Notes: generated from the sequence alone by a model not told the origin. Positions 37,689 through 48,248 are shown, counted from the first letter of the stretch. The stretch: 54,969 nt of DNA from an uncultured Intrasporangiaceae bacterium (GCA_964566985.1 CAZMLG010000001.1:1-54969); one strand, 5' to 3'. A program made the numbers and translations.

Positions 37689-38102
37689 TCAGCCGATGAG
37701 GTCGTCCGGGGCGAACACCCGCACCGGGCCGTCCCCGGCCAGATGGATCGGCCACTGCATCGCCTGACCACTCACGACGACACGTAGGGCACGCGCCCAG
37801 CGCCGGTCCTCCTCGGTCATCTCGTCGCTGCCCGGCCGGGAGATCAACATCGGTGTCGAGGCGACCCCGAGCTGCCGTCGAGCCTGATCGACGAGGTGGC
37901 GCAGTGAGTCCACGGTGTCGTCGTCGGGTTCCTCGGGCACCTCGTCGATCGGCACGACGACCGGGGCCACCGTGCGATCGTTCTCGACGAGGATCATCCA
38001 CACCGAGCGGCACGTGAACCCCCGTCGCCCGACCAAGGACGTCCAGTGCTCCCACAGGTCCCGGTCATTCGCGAGCGTCACACCTGGCTTCGAAATCGTC
38101 AT
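37689..38102 (-). CDS. Hypothetical protein
   Basis: 137-aa ORF with normal composition, convergent on the preceding gene. Confidence 0.6.
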   Translation of the reverse strand: MTISKPGVTLANDRDLWEHWTSLVGRRGFTCRSVWMILVENDRTVAPVVVPIDEVPEEPDDDTVDSLRHLVDQARRQLGVASTPMLISRPGSDEMTEEDRRWARALRVVVSGQAMQWPIHLAGDGPVRVFAPDDLIG

Positions 38103-38196
38103 CCCCCGAGCATGGCGCACCGGGCCTGCTCGCCCCCGCACTTATCCACAGGCCCCCGGCGGCGCACTCCCCCGCCACACCTGGGACAGTCGTGCC

Positions 38197-39195
38197 GTGC
38201 TCACGCGATTCCGGATCGACGGCTTCATCGTCGCCATCCTCGTGGTCGTCGGCATCGCCACGATCCTGCCCGCCGGCGAAGACATCGCACCGGCGCTGGA
38301 CTGGATCGTGCACATCGCGATCGGGCTGCTGTTCTTCCTCTACGGGGCACGTCTGCATCCACGCGAAGCGCTCGACGGGCTGAAGCACTGGCGGCTGCAC
38401 CTGACGATCCTCGCCTGCACCTTCCTCGTGCTGCCGGCCATCGGGGTCGCCCTGCGCGCCCTCGAGCCGCACGTGCTGAGCGCGGAGCTGTATACCGGGG
38501 TGCTCTATCTGACCCTCGTGCCCTCCACCGTGCAGTCCTCGATCGCCTTCACCTCCATCGCGCGAGGCAATGTGGCCGGTTCGATCGTGAGCGCGTCGGC
38601 GTCGAACCTGCTCGGGGTCGTGCTGACTCCGGGCCTCGTGCTGCTCATGGCCTCCGTCCACCTGATGGGGTCCGGCGGGGCCATCCGGATCAGCGGAAAC
38701 GCCATCCTCGACATCCTGCTGCAGCTGCTGCTGCCCTTCGTCCTCGGCCAGGTGGCGCGCCCGCTCGTCGGGGGATTCGTCACCTCGCACAAGAAGCCAC
38801 TCAAGCTCGTCGATCGCGGATCGATCCTCCTGGTCGTCTATTCCGCGTTCAGCGCCGGCATGCGCCAGGACATCTGGCACACGGTCAGCGCGTGGCAGAT
38901 CCTGCTGCTCGTCGTGCTCGCGACCGTCATCGTCGCCGTCATGCTGTGGCTGACAGCCTGGATGTCCCGCCGACTCGGATTCAGCCGGGAGGACCGGATC
39001 GCCGTGCAGTTCTGCGGCACCAAGAAGAGCCTGGCCAGTGGCCTCCCCATGGCCTTCGTCCTCTTCGCCGGCCAGCCGGTCAGCGTCATCGTCCTGCCGC
39101 TGATGGTCTTCCATCAGGTGCAACTGATGATGTGTTCGTGGCTCGCATCGCGATATTCCCGTGACCGAACCCCCTCCACGGAAACCACCGGGTGA
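38197..39195 (+). CDS. Bile acid:sodium symporter family protein (YfeH-like)
   Basis: LFFLYGARL, PSTVQSSIAFTSIARGN, FCGTKKSLASG and FHQVQL motifs. Confidence 0.9.
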   Translation: MLTRFRIDGFIVAILVVVGIATILPAGEDIAPALDWIVHIAIGLLFFLYGARLHPREALDGLKHWRLHLTILACTFLVLPAIGVALRALEPHVLSAELYTGVLYLTLVPSTVQSSIAFTSIARGNVAGSIVSASASNLLGVVLTPGLVLLMASVHLMGSGGAIRISGNAILDILLQLLLPFVLGQVARPLVGGFVTSHKKPLKLVDRGSILLVVYSAFSAGMRQDIWHTVSAWQILLLVVLATVIVAVMLWLTAWMSRRLGFSREDRIAVQFCGTKKSLASGLPMAFVLFAGQPVSVIVLPLMVFHQVQLMMCSWLASRYSRDRTPSTETTG

Positions 39196-39241
39196 CTATC
39201 CTGCGAGCAGTGTTCGATCCTGCGACCCGGGTGGTGTTTCG

Positions 39242-40195
39242 ATGACGGCGACCACGCCGATGCCCGACCTCGAGGCGATCCGCGAGGCGGCCGATCGCCT
39301 CCGGGGCCACGTCACGCGCACCCCCGTGGTGACGAGCGACAGTCTGGGATCCCTGATCCACGGCACCGTCCACCTCAAACTCGAGATCGAGCAGCCGACA
39401 GGCAGTTTCAAGGTGCGTGGCGCCTGCAACGCCATCCGGGCACTGTTGGAGCAGGGTCCGCTCGCCGGCGTGACGACCGCGTCCACCGGCAACCACGCGC
39501 GTGCGGTGGCCTACATGGGTGGGCGCTTCGGGCTGACGACCCGCGCGTACATGGCCGGCAGCGTCGCCGGCTCGCGCGTGCAGGCGCTCGAGGAGCTGGG
39601 TGCCGAGGTCGACCGCAGCAGCAGCGACCAGACCGCCGCGATCACCGCCGCCATCACGTATGCCGAGCAGCACGGATACGGGTTCATCCCACCGTTCGAT
39701 CACCCCGACGTCCTGAGCGGGCAGGGGACGATCGGCCTCGAACTGCACGAGGACGTGCCGCAACTCGACACGGTGATCGTGCAGGTGTCCGGCGGTGGCC
39801 TCATCGGCGGCATCGGCCTGGCGATCAAGGGGCTGAGCCCTGCCACGCGCGTGATCGGTGTGTGCGCGAAGGACGCGCCGGCGATGAAGGTGTCGCTCGA
39901 TGCGGGACACCCGGTCGCCGTCCCGGAGCTGCCCACCATCGCCACCTCCCTCATGGGTGACCTCGGACCGGACAACCGCTACACCTTCCCGGTGGCCCAG
40001 CGGGTCATCGACCGGATCGACACGGTCGACGACGAGCAGATCCGCGGCGCCGCATCCGCGCTGGACACCGACGACGGCCTCGTGGTGGAGCCCGCCGCCG
40101 CGGCAGGCGTCGCGTGGTTGCGTGCCCACGCCGCCGAACTGGCCGGGCAGCGCGTCGCCTTGATCATCACCGGCAACGCCATCGACACCGACTGA
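39242..40195 (+). CDS. PLP-dependent threonine/serine dehydratase family enzyme (short, no ACT domain; EutB-like)
   Basis: KLE..QPTGSFKVRGA, STGNH, GQGTIGLE, SGGGL and TGNA motifs. Confidence 0.85.
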   Translation: MTATTPMPDLEAIREAADRLRGHVTRTPVVTSDSLGSLIHGTVHLKLEIEQPTGSFKVRGACNAIRALLEQGPLAGVTTASTGNHARAVAYMGGRFGLTTRAYMAGSVAGSRVQALEELGAEVDRSSSDQTAAITAAITYAEQHGYGFIPPFDHPDVLSGQGTIGLELHEDVPQLDTVIVQVSGGGLIGGIGLAIKGLSPATRVIGVCAKDAPAMKVSLDAGHPVAVPELPTIATSLMGDLGPDNRYTFPVAQRVIDRIDTVDDEQIRGAASALDTDDGLVVEPAAAAGVAWLRAHAAELAGQRVALIITGNAIDTD

Positions 40196-40217
40196 ATCGC
40201 CAGAAAGGATCGGACGC

Positions 40218-40586
40218 ATGGTCACTCCAGCAGGGCACTACGCACTCGGGGTGCGGCGCGGCGACTACCTGTTCGTCGCGGGCCAGACCGGCGAGGACGA
40301 CGACGGGGCACTGGGCGACCTGGAGCAGCAGACCGCCGGGGCGATCCGCAACATCGAGACGATCCTCGCCTCACACGGGGCCGGCCTGTCCGACGTGGTG
40401 CGCATGACGTGCTTCCTGACGCAGATCGACCGGTTCGCCTCGTTCGATGCCGCCTACCGGGCCGCGCTCGGCGACGCCTCGCCCGTGCGCACCACGGTCG
40501 GCGTCAGCGGCCTGCCCGCAGGCGAGCTCGTCGAGATCGAGGCCACGGCATACCTGCCCGAGGCTCGAGGACAGGGTCGCCCATGA
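40218..40586 (+). CDS. RidA/YjgF family imine deaminase
   Basis: GHY, FVAGQ, PVRTTV and VEIEA motifs with the catalytic Arg. Confidence 0.88.
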   Translation: MVTPAGHYALGVRRGDYLFVAGQTGEDDDGALGDLEQQTAGAIRNIETILASHGAGLSDVVRMTCFLTQIDRFASFDAAYRAALGDASPVRTTVGVSGLPAGELVEIEATAYLPEARGQGRP

Positions 40587-41395
40587 GGATCTGTGCGACC
40601 TGTGCCGTCGAGTATGCCGAGCCGGTCCCCGACGTGTGCCCCATCTGCGCCGACGAGCGCCAGTATGTGCCGCTCGACGGACAGCGCTGGACGTCACTGG
40701 ACGAGCTTGCCGCAGCAGGACAACAACTGACGATCCACGAGCTCGAGACGGGGCTGGTCGGGATCCGCTGCGCACCTCAGGTCGGCATCGGCCAGCAGTG
40801 TCTGGTGGTGGCCACACCCACCGGATCGCTGGTGTGGGATCCGGTGGGCTACGTCGATGACGCGACGGCGGCCCGGATCGATGCGTTCGGGCCGGTGCTC
40901 GCGATCGCCGCGAGCCACCCGCACATGTTCGGCGTGCAGGTCGAATGGTCGCGCCGCCTGGGCCATCCGCCGGTGCTCGTCGCCGATGCCGACCGGGCGT
41001 GGGTGGGGCGTCCCGACGACTGCGTGGAGTACTGGAGCGCCACCCGCGCGATCGCCGACGGCCTGAAGCTGCATCAGGTGGGCGGGCACTTCCCCGGGAG
41101 CGCGTGCGCCCACTGGGCGGCCGGGGCCGACGGGCGAGGCGTGTTGCTGACGGGTGACACGGTCTTCCCGAATCCCGACCACGCCTCGGTGGGATTCCTG
41201 CGCAGCTATCCCAACAAGATCCCGCTGTCGGGCCAGGTCGTGCAGCGCATCGCGACGCAGCTCGAGGGGCTGGAGTTCGACCGGATCTATGGCAATTTCG
41301 ACAACGTCATCCGCTCCGGCGGCCGTCGTGTCGTGCGGGACTCGGCCGACCGGCACACCGCGTGGGTGCGTGGGGACTTCGACCATCTGACCTGA
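40583..41395 (+). CDS. MBL-fold metallo-hydrolase with N-terminal Cys motif
   Basis: CATC...CPICADERQY, SHPH, GHFPG, GD and SYPN.IPL motifs. Confidence 0.82.
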   Translation: MRICATCAVEYAEPVPDVCPICADERQYVPLDGQRWTSLDELAAAGQQLTIHELETGLVGIRCAPQVGIGQQCLVVATPTGSLVWDPVGYVDDATAARIDAFGPVLAIAASHPHMFGVQVEWSRRLGHPPVLVADADRAWVGRPDDCVEYWSATRAIADGLKLHQVGGHFPGSACAHWAAGADGRGVLLTGDTVFPNPDHASVGFLRSYPNKIPLSGQVVQRIATQLEGLEFDRIYGNFDNVIRSGGRRVVRDSADRHTAWVRGDFDHLT

Positions 41396-41441
41396 CGCCG
41401 CCGCGGGCGAACTCGGCGGGGCGGAGCGACCTCGTGGTGGG

Positions 41442-42185
41442 TCAGTCCTCTTCCGCGTCGCCGTCCCGCACGGTCGCGACCCGCAGCACGCCGTCCATCT
41501 CGGTCAGCGCGGAGACGAGCAGTTCGAGGTCGCCGCGGCCGCCCAGCAGCACCTTCACGTCCACGGTCGGCTCGCCGGAGCCTCTACGTCCCGAGCGCTT
41601 GGCGTTGGTGGTCATGCCGGCGACGACGAAGCCCGAGGAGGTGACCTCCGCCAGCACGCCTCGCAACAGCCCTCGCCCGTCGAGATACTGCACCTCCAAG
41701 GCGGGCCACGGAGTGACCACGCGGCGACTCACCAGCCGAGCCGCCGGCGGCAGCAGCAGGATCGCGAGGAAGTAGGCGATGGTGCTCGCGACCGCCAACA
41801 CCTCCAGGCCGGCGCCGGCGGCGGCGCCGACCGCCGCGGTCAACCAGACGCTGGCGGCGGTCGTCAGACCCCGCACGGACCCGCGGCGCACGAAGATGAT
41901 TCCGCCGCCGATGAAACCCAGGCCGGAGACGATCTGTGCGGCGACCCGCGAGGGATCCAGCACGACGGTTCCCTCCTGCAGCACGTCCGTGAACCCGTAC
42001 TTGCTCACCAGCATGAACAGGGCCGAGCCGAACCCCACCACGGTGTAGGTGCGCACACCGGCGGCGCGCTGCTTGAGCTCGCGCTCCAGCCCGATGACCG
42101 CGGAGAGCCCGAAGGCGATCGCCAACTCGCCGAGCTGCTCCCAGCCCTGTCCGGTCGGCTCGCCGAACGCCGCATGGATCATCAT
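41442..42185 (-). CDS. MgtC/SapB family membrane protein
   Basis: IGLERE, AGVRT, DPSRVAAQIVSGLGFIGGG and GLTTAA motifs. Confidence 0.9.
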   Translation of the reverse strand: MMIHAAFGEPTGQGWEQLGELAIAFGLSAVIGLERELKQRAAGVRTYTVVGFGSALFMLVSKYGFTDVLQEGTVVLDPSRVAAQIVSGLGFIGGGIIFVRRGSVRGLTTAASVWLTAAVGAAAGAGLEVLAVASTIAYFLAILLLPPAARLVSRRVVTPWPALEVQYLDGRGLLRGVLAEVTSSGFVVAGMTTNAKRSGRRGSGEPTVDVKVLLGGRGDLELLVSALTEMDGVLRVATVRDGDAEED

Positions 42186-42229
42186 GCGTCCAAGGTAGCC
42201 CCGACGAGGTGACGGGCCAGGCAGTGTGC

Positions 42230-43819
42230 CTAGGACACCGACTGCCAGATGTGCGCCGCCTCGCTCTTGGTGCCGCCGTCCGGCCCGATGATGGTGATCG
42301 ATCGGTCCTCGAGCTCGTAGGTCGTGCCCTTGTTGGTGACCTCCCACCCGTCTCCGGTGCGCGTCGGGTCATCGATCTCGATCCCCTCGTCCGTGCCGGA
42401 GCGGCCGTATCCGCGGTAATAGAACCGCCCGGCCGACGTCTCACAGATCACCGTGCGGAAGCTGTCCGACCCGGCGATCAGCATCGCCCGGTCGTCCACG
42501 TGGCAGCGCCCCCTCGGGTCGAGCCACCCCTGCCAGTCGTATGCCGTGCCCGGCGCGATCGTCTCGGCGGGCGTCGAGGTCGGCGACGAGGGATCACCGG
42601 TCGTCGGCCCTGACGGCTCGGGCGGTGCGGCAGTGGTCTGCGGAGCGTCCTGTGTGGTGGGTGCCGCCTGGGTCGATGAGGTGCTCATTGCTCCCGTCGG
42701 GGCCGGGTCGGCTTGGCTCGCAGGGCGGTTCATCAGCCATACCGCGACCGCGACGATCGCGGCGATCACCAGGATGATGGCGAGGGTCCACAGCCCTCTG
42801 GTGCCTCGCCCACCGTCCTGACGGGCGGGTGTCCGCGTCCCCGAGCCGGTCTGATCCACGGGGGCTGTGCCGGTGGCCCCGGCGACGGGCATCGGGTAGG
42901 GGTGAACGGGCCCGGACGACTCCTGCCGCAGCGGGATCGTCCGCATCTCCCCGGTGGCCTGCTCGTCGGGTGACACCGATGCCGCGCCGCCGGACTGCCA
43001 TGCCGACTCGGCCGCGCGGCCCAGCGCTCCGGCGGTGCGGAATCGCTGGGCGGGATCCTTGGCCAGCCCCTGCGCGAGCACCGCATCGAAGCGTGGATCG
43101 ACGCCATACGGCCGCACGCTCGGTGGAGGGGAATTCAGATGCGCGCTCACGACGGCGGCCATGTCGGCCCCGCCGAACGGCTTGGTGCCGGTCAGGCACT
43201 CGAAGAGCACGCACGCCAGCGCATACACGTCGGCCTGCCGGGCCGCCGCCGCGTCGCCGAACCGCTCCGGAGCCATGTAGGGCAGCGACCCCAAGGCGCT
43301 GCCCTCCTCGGTCATCCGGCTGTCCGCCCGCCGGCTCGCGATGCCGAAGTCGGCCAGGTAGGCGAAGCCGCTGGGAGTGACCAGGATGTTGGCCGGCTTG
43401 ATGTCGCGGTGCACGAGCCCGTCGGCGTGCGCGGCGTCCAGCGCCGAGGCGATCTGCGCCACGATGCGCACGGCATACTCCGGCTGCAACGCTCCCCCGG
43501 TGGCCAGCACCGACTTGAGATCCTGGCCCTTGACCAGGCGCATGTCGATGAACAGCGTCCCGTCGATCTCCCCGAAATCGTGGATCGGGATGATGTGCGG
43601 CTCCTGCAGCCGCGCGGCCGTGCGCGCCTCGCGGCGGAAGCGCTCCTGATAGGCGGGGTCATCCGCCAACTCCGGAGGCAGCAGCTTCAGCGCGACGGTG
43701 CGGTCCTTGACGGTGTCGTAGGCCGTGTAGACCTCGCCCATGCCACCGCGGCCGAGCAGCGAGCGCAACTCGTAATGACCGAACCGGCTCCCCACACCGC
43801 GTTCCCGGTCACCGGCCAT
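42230..43819 (-). CDS. Hanks-type Ser/Thr protein kinase with TM segment and extracellular domain
   Basis: GRGGMGEV, VALK, HRDIKPAN, DFG and APE motifs; a TM helix, a Thr/Pro linker and a two-Cys outer domain follow. Confidence 0.92.
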   Translation of the reverse strand: MAGDRERGVGSRFGHYELRSLLGRGGMGEVYTAYDTVKDRTVALKLLPPELADDPAYQERFRREARTAARLQEPHIIPIHDFGEIDGTLFIDMRLVKGQDLKSVLATGGALQPEYAVRIVAQIASALDAAHADGLVHRDIKPANILVTPSGFAYLADFGIASRRADSRMTEEGSALGSLPYMAPERFGDAAAARQADVYALACVLFECLTGTKPFGGADMAAVVSAHLNSPPPSVRPYGVDPRFDAVLAQGLAKDPAQRFRTAGALGRAAESAWQSGGAASVSPDEQATGEMRTIPLRQESSGPVHPYPMPVAGATGTAPVDQTGSGTRTPARQDGGRGTRGLWTLAIILVIAAIVAVAVWLMNRPASQADPAPTGAMSTSSTQAAPTTQDAPQTTAAPPEPSGPTTGDPSSPTSTPAETIAPGTAYDWQGWLDPRGRCHVDDRAMLIAGSDSFRTVICETSAGRFYYRGYGRSGTDEGIEIDDPTRTGDGWEVTNKGTTYELEDRSITIIGPDGGTKSEAAHIWQSVS

Positions 43820-43923
43820 CCTCGTCCCGCCTTCACCCGTCTCGCCCGAACATCCGTCGCCACAGCCTAACCAGGGCCCGATCGGCGCGACCGGGCCCGG
43901 TGCGTGCGGCATACGCTGCACCT

Positions 43924-45363
43924 GTGAAACTCACCGCCACAGCAGGACTGACCGCCCTCACCCTCGGCGCCGCAGGTGCCGTCGCCGCCTACCGGCCGGA
44001 CCACCGGCCCGGTGCGCGGCGCCCGATCGCCGACTCGATCCTGCGCGACGAGGTCACCGATGCACTGCAGGAGGCGGTGCGGCTGGAGACGGTCTCGCGC
44101 CCCGACCCCGAGCAGATCGACCCGGCGCCGTTCGAGGCGCTGCACGCCCTGCTGGGCCGCCGGTTCCCCGCGCTGCACGAGCACCTGAGCCTGACCCGCG
44201 TCGGGCGGCACGGACTGCTCTTCCACTGGGAGGGCTCCGGCGACGGGGACCCCGTCGTGCTCATGGCCCATCAGGACGTCGTGCCGGTCGAAGCCGATGC
44301 GTGGACCCGGCCGCCGTTCGCCGGTGAGATCGAGGAGGGCGTCTTGTGGGGCCGCGGCACCCTCGACGACAAGGGCTGCCTGATCACCCTCTGTCAGGCG
44401 GTCGACCGGCTCGTCGCGCGCGGCGCGCGCCCGGCCCGCGACATCTATCTGCTGCTCGGCGCCAATGAGGAGGTCGGCGGCGACTGCGCCCGCCTCGCGG
44501 CGCAGGAGCTCGAGCGGCGAGGGGTGCGTCCGTGGTGCGTGATCGACGAGGGCGGCGCCGTCGCGTCCGGCGGGTTCCCCGGCGTGTCCGCGCCGGTCGC
44601 CGTCGTCGGGATCGCCGAGAAGGGCACCACCAACGTCGTCCTGCGTACGCACGGCGCCGGCGGTCACTCGTCGACCCCCGAGCGCTGGGACACGACGGCT
44701 CGGCTTGCCAGAGCGATCGTCCGGCTGGAGGAGCACCCCTTCCCCGCCCGTATGCCGTCGGCCACCGTCGCGATGATCGACCGGCTCGGGCGCCACGCGG
44801 CGCTGCCGTTGCGCACCGCCTTCGCGCTCACCCACCGGATGCCCGGCGTCCTGCAGGCCGCCTTCGACCGTCTGGGCCCGGAGACCGCCGCGATGGTCCG
44901 CACGACGATGGCGGTGACACAGCTGAGCGGCTCGCCCGGGCCGAACGTGCTCGCCGGCACCGCGAGCGCCGTCGTCAACCTGCGGATCATGCCCGGTGAC
45001 ACCGTCGACGGCTGCGTCGAGCGGATCCGGCGGATCGTCGACGACGACCGGATCGAGATCGAGGTGGTCATGCGCACCGAGCCCAGCCCGCTGTCCCCGA
45101 CCGACGGCCCCGCGTGGGACCACCTGACCACCACCATCACCGAGGTCTTCCCGGACGCCGTCTGCTCGCCCTACGTCATGATGGGCGGCACCGACGCACG
45201 GTTCCTCACCGGCCTGTGCGACACGGTCTATCGATTCGCGCCACTGCGGATGTCGAAGGCGGCGCGCGAGAGCCTGCACAGTCACGACGAACGCGTCGAG
45301 ACCGACACCCTCGCCGAGGCGGTCCTCTTCTACGAACGCCTCATCGAATCGCTGCCGGAATGA
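43924..45363 (+). CDS. M20 family metallopeptidase/amidohydrolase
   Basis: AHQDVVP, GRGTLDDKG, NEE, DEGG, GHSS and GGTDAR motifs. Confidence 0.9.
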   Translation: MKLTATAGLTALTLGAAGAVAAYRPDHRPGARRPIADSILRDEVTDALQEAVRLETVSRPDPEQIDPAPFEALHALLGRRFPALHEHLSLTRVGRHGLLFHWEGSGDGDPVVLMAHQDVVPVEADAWTRPPFAGEIEEGVLWGRGTLDDKGCLITLCQAVDRLVARGARPARDIYLLLGANEEVGGDCARLAAQELERRGVRPWCVIDEGGAVASGGFPGVSAPVAVVGIAEKGTTNVVLRTHGAGGHSSTPERWDTTARLARAIVRLEEHPFPARMPSATVAMIDRLGRHAALPLRTAFALTHRMPGVLQAAFDRLGPETAAMVRTTMAVTQLSGSPGPNVLAGTASAVVNLRIMPGDTVDGCVERIRRIVDDDRIEIEVVMRTEPSPLSPTDGPAWDHLTTTITEVFPDAVCSPYVMMGGTDARFLTGLCDTVYRFAPLRMSKAARESLHSHDERVETDTLAEAVLFYERLIESLPE

Positions 45364-46814
45364 ACCACCCCAGCAAGACGGGCTCGCTCCCCCGCAGCGG
45401 GTTGGTGCAGATCGTCGGTCTGCTCGTCTGCGTGGAGCTGACCAGCGGTGTCCTGCAGGGCTACTACACGCCCATCTACACCGACATCGCTCGGCACCTG
45501 AGCATCCTGGACGCCGACGTCAACTGGTTCGAAGCGGCCCAACTGGTGGTCAGCGCCCTGGCGGTGCCGATCCTCTCGCGCACGGGCGACCTCATCAGTC
45601 ACCGCCGGATCCTGCTGATCACGTCGGTCGTGACGGCGCTCGCGTCGTGGGCGGTCGCCTTCTCCCCCACCTTCACCACCTTCCTGACCGCCTGGGCGCT
45701 GCAGGGCTTCTATGTCGTCTGGCTCCCGATGGAGGTGTCGATCATCCACGGACGCGCCGCCGGGTCGCCGTCCCAGGCCGCGCTGACCCGCCGGGCGACC
45801 TCGATGCTGGTGGCCGCACTGGAGGCGGGCGTGATCGCCGGTGCCCTCGTCGCGGGAGCGCTGATCTCGGCCACGTCGATCACGATCGTGCTGATGATCC
45901 CGGCGCTGTGCGTCACCGGCTGCGTCGCCGTCGTGTGGTTCGGCATCGCCGGGGCTGCGCCCACGGCCCGCGGACGGGTCGACCTGCGTGGCGTGTTCGG
46001 CGTGGTCGTCGTGGTGGTGCTGGTCATGACGGGTCTGATCGTCATGCGGTTGCGCGGCGCCGCGAGCGGGTGGGCGTGGCTGTCCGTGCTGGCCGGCCTG
46101 GCGGCCCTGATCCCGTTCGTCCGGATCGAGGCTCGCACCCGCGAGCCGCTCGTCGACGTCCACCTGCTGCGCAGCCCACGCCAATGGCCGGTGCAGACCG
46201 CGTCGTTCCTCTTCGGCATGTCGGTCCTCGGCGCGCAGATCCCGCTGTCGACCTTTGCGCGCACGGACCCGGGCACCACCGGATACGGCCTCGGTGCCTC
46301 GGCATCGTTCGTCTCCGTGCTCGTCGGTGCCTACGTGCTCACCATGCTCGTCGGCGCACTCGGGATGCCGTATGCCGCGCGGGTGCTCACTCCCCGCGGT
46401 GGCCTGGTCGCGGCGTGCCTCCTGGTGGCCGCCGGCTACGGGCTGTGGCTGGTCTTCCACACGGGGCTCGCGGCCGCCGTGGTCAACATGTGCGTCATCG
46501 GGATCGGTTCGGGCGCCCTGGTCGCGTCGATCCCGGCCGCGGCCGCGTCTGCTGCGCCGGCGGCGCGCACCGGGTTCGTCACGGGGATGACCAACACCAC
46601 CCGGACCCTGGGCGGCGCCATCGCCAGCGCGCTGTTCGCCATCGCTCTCGTGACGACCGGTTCGCTGAGCAGCGACGCCGCCGACGTGCATGCGCCGCTG
46701 TCCGGCTACCTGTGGGTGTGGGCGATCTGCGCGGTCGCCGCGCTGCTCGCGGCCGCGGCTCTGCTGGTGGTCCCCCGCGGGTCCTTCGCGGATCCGGCCG
46801 AGGCGCCGCGCTGA
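45360..46814 (+). CDS. MFS transporter, translationally coupled to the M20 peptidase
   Basis: ATGA overlap, many TM segments, SRTGDLISHRR motif A variant. Confidence 0.82.
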   Translation: MNHPSKTGSLPRSGLVQIVGLLVCVELTSGVLQGYYTPIYTDIARHLSILDADVNWFEAAQLVVSALAVPILSRTGDLISHRRILLITSVVTALASWAVAFSPTFTTFLTAWALQGFYVVWLPMEVSIIHGRAAGSPSQAALTRRATSMLVAALEAGVIAGALVAGALISATSITIVLMIPALCVTGCVAVVWFGIAGAAPTARGRVDLRGVFGVVVVVVLVMTGLIVMRLRGAASGWAWLSVLAGLAALIPFVRIEARTREPLVDVHLLRSPRQWPVQTASFLFGMSVLGAQIPLSTFARTDPGTTGYGLGASASFVSVLVGAYVLTMLVGALGMPYAARVLTPRGGLVAACLLVAAGYGLWLVFHTGLAAAVVNMCVIGIGSGALVASIPAAAASAAPAARTGFVTGMTNTTRTLGGAIASALFAIALVTTGSLSSDAADVHAPLSGYLWVWAICAVAALLAAAALLVVPRGSFADPAEAPR

Positions 46815-46868
46815 CGAACCATCGGCGCGCCGCTGCGCGACCCACCTGCGGTGTGCCAAGGTGCAGGC

Positions 46869-48248
46869 GTGACCGAAGTGGAGATCGAGCCGGGCCGGGC
46901 CTCGACGCCGGAGCAGCGCCGACACCAACGCCGCTGGTACTGGTACGACTGGGCCAACTCGGCCTACGTCACCGTCACGGTCACGGTGCTGTTCTCTCCC
47001 TACATCACGACGCTCGCCAACAAGGCCGCGTGCCCGTCGCAACCGACCGACCAGACGTGCCGGGTCGACCTGCACGTGCTCGGCATCGCCGTCGCCCCCG
47101 GGTCGCTGGCGCCCTACACCCTCACCATCTCGACGATCATCTCGGCCCTGCTGCTGATCCTCGTGGGGCCGGTGATCGACCGCTCACCGCGCCCCACGGC
47201 ATACCTCGGGGGGTTCGCGTTCTCCGGCGCGCTCGCCGCGACCCTGCTGTGCTTCGTGGAGGGCACCGACTGGCAGCTCGGCGTCGCCCTCATCGTCGTC
47301 GCCAACCTCTGCCTGGCCATGTCGCTCATCGTCTATGGGGCGCTGATGTGCCGCATCACCCCACCCGACGACCGCGACCGGGTCTCGACGCGCGGTTGGG
47401 CGTTCGGCTACCTCGGTGCGGCCCTGCTGCTCGCCGTCATCCTTGTGCTGTTGACGACGCACGATCGGCTCGGACTCGACACGAGCCAGACCGTCCGGAT
47501 CGCGTTCGCGGCCGCCGGCGTCTGGTGGGCCGTCTTCTCGCTCATCCCCGTGCGCGGGCTGCGCGGCGTCGGCACCGGCTCGGGCAGCCGCACCGGGCAC
47601 GGCGCCGCCGCAGACCTGCGCCAACTGCGCGAGACCTTCGCGGCGCTGCGCGGATACCCCCAGACCATGCGTTTCCTGCTGGCCTACCTCTTCTACAACG
47701 ACGGCATCCAGACCGTCATCGCGTGCGCCAGCCTCTACGGCGTGCAGCAGCTGAAGTTCGACGACAACCAGATGGTGATCACGATCCTGCTCGTCCAGTT
47801 CGTCGCGTTCGGCGGCGCGCTGCTGTTCGGCCGCGTCGCCGGGCGCTACGGCGCCAAGACACTCGTGCTCACCAGCCTCGTGCTGTGGACGGCCGTGGTC
47901 GCCGCGGCCTACTTCGTGCCGACGCACGCCTTCGGGCCCTGGCTGGTGCTCGCGGTCTTCATCGGCACCGTCCTGGGCGGCAGCCAGTCCCTGAGCCGCT
48001 CGCTCTACAGCCATCTGATCCCGCGCGGGCGCGAATCGGAGTTCTTCAGCTTTTATCAGGCGATGGAGCGCGGCACCAGCTGGCTCGGCACCTTCCTGTT
48101 CGGCCTGGTCTACCAGCTCTTCCACGACTATCGCCTGTCGATCGTGGCGCTGATCGTCTTCTTCGTCGTCGGCGGCGCACTGTTGCGGACCGTGCGGATG
48201 CGCGAGGGCATCGTCGCGGCCGGCAACACCGTGCCGAAGGTCGTCTGA
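46869..48248 (+). CDS. MFS transporter, UMF1/Atg22 family
   Basis: WYWYDWANSAY, GWAFGYLG, YNDGIQT and QSLSRSLY motifs. Confidence 0.87.
   Translation: MTEVEIEPGRASTPEQRRHQRRWYWYDWANSAYVTVTVTVLFSPYITTLANKAACPSQPTDQTCRVDLHVLGIAVAPGSLAPYTLTISTIISALLLILVGPVIDRSPRPTAYLGGFAFSGALAATLLCFVEGTDWQLGVALIVVANLCLAMSLIVYGALMCRITPPDDRDRVSTRGWAFGYLGAALLLAVILVLLTTHDRLGLDTSQTVRIAFAAAGVWWAVFSLIPVRGLRGVGTGSGSRTGHGAAADLRQLRETFAALRGYPQTMRFLLAYLFYNDGIQTVIACASLYGVQQLKFDDNQMVITILLVQFVAFGGALLFGRVAGRYGAKTLVLTSLVLWTAVVAAAYFVPTHAFGPWLVLAVFIGTVLGGSQSLSRSLYSHLIPRGRESEFFSFYQAMERGTSWLGTFLFGLVYQLFHDYRLSIVALIVFFVVGGALLRTVRMREGIVAAGNTVPKVV

Noticed and set aside
22900-38100. Prophage or integrative element inserted at dif
   Set aside because: No integrase, replication, conjugation or phage genes, and no second dif/att copy visible
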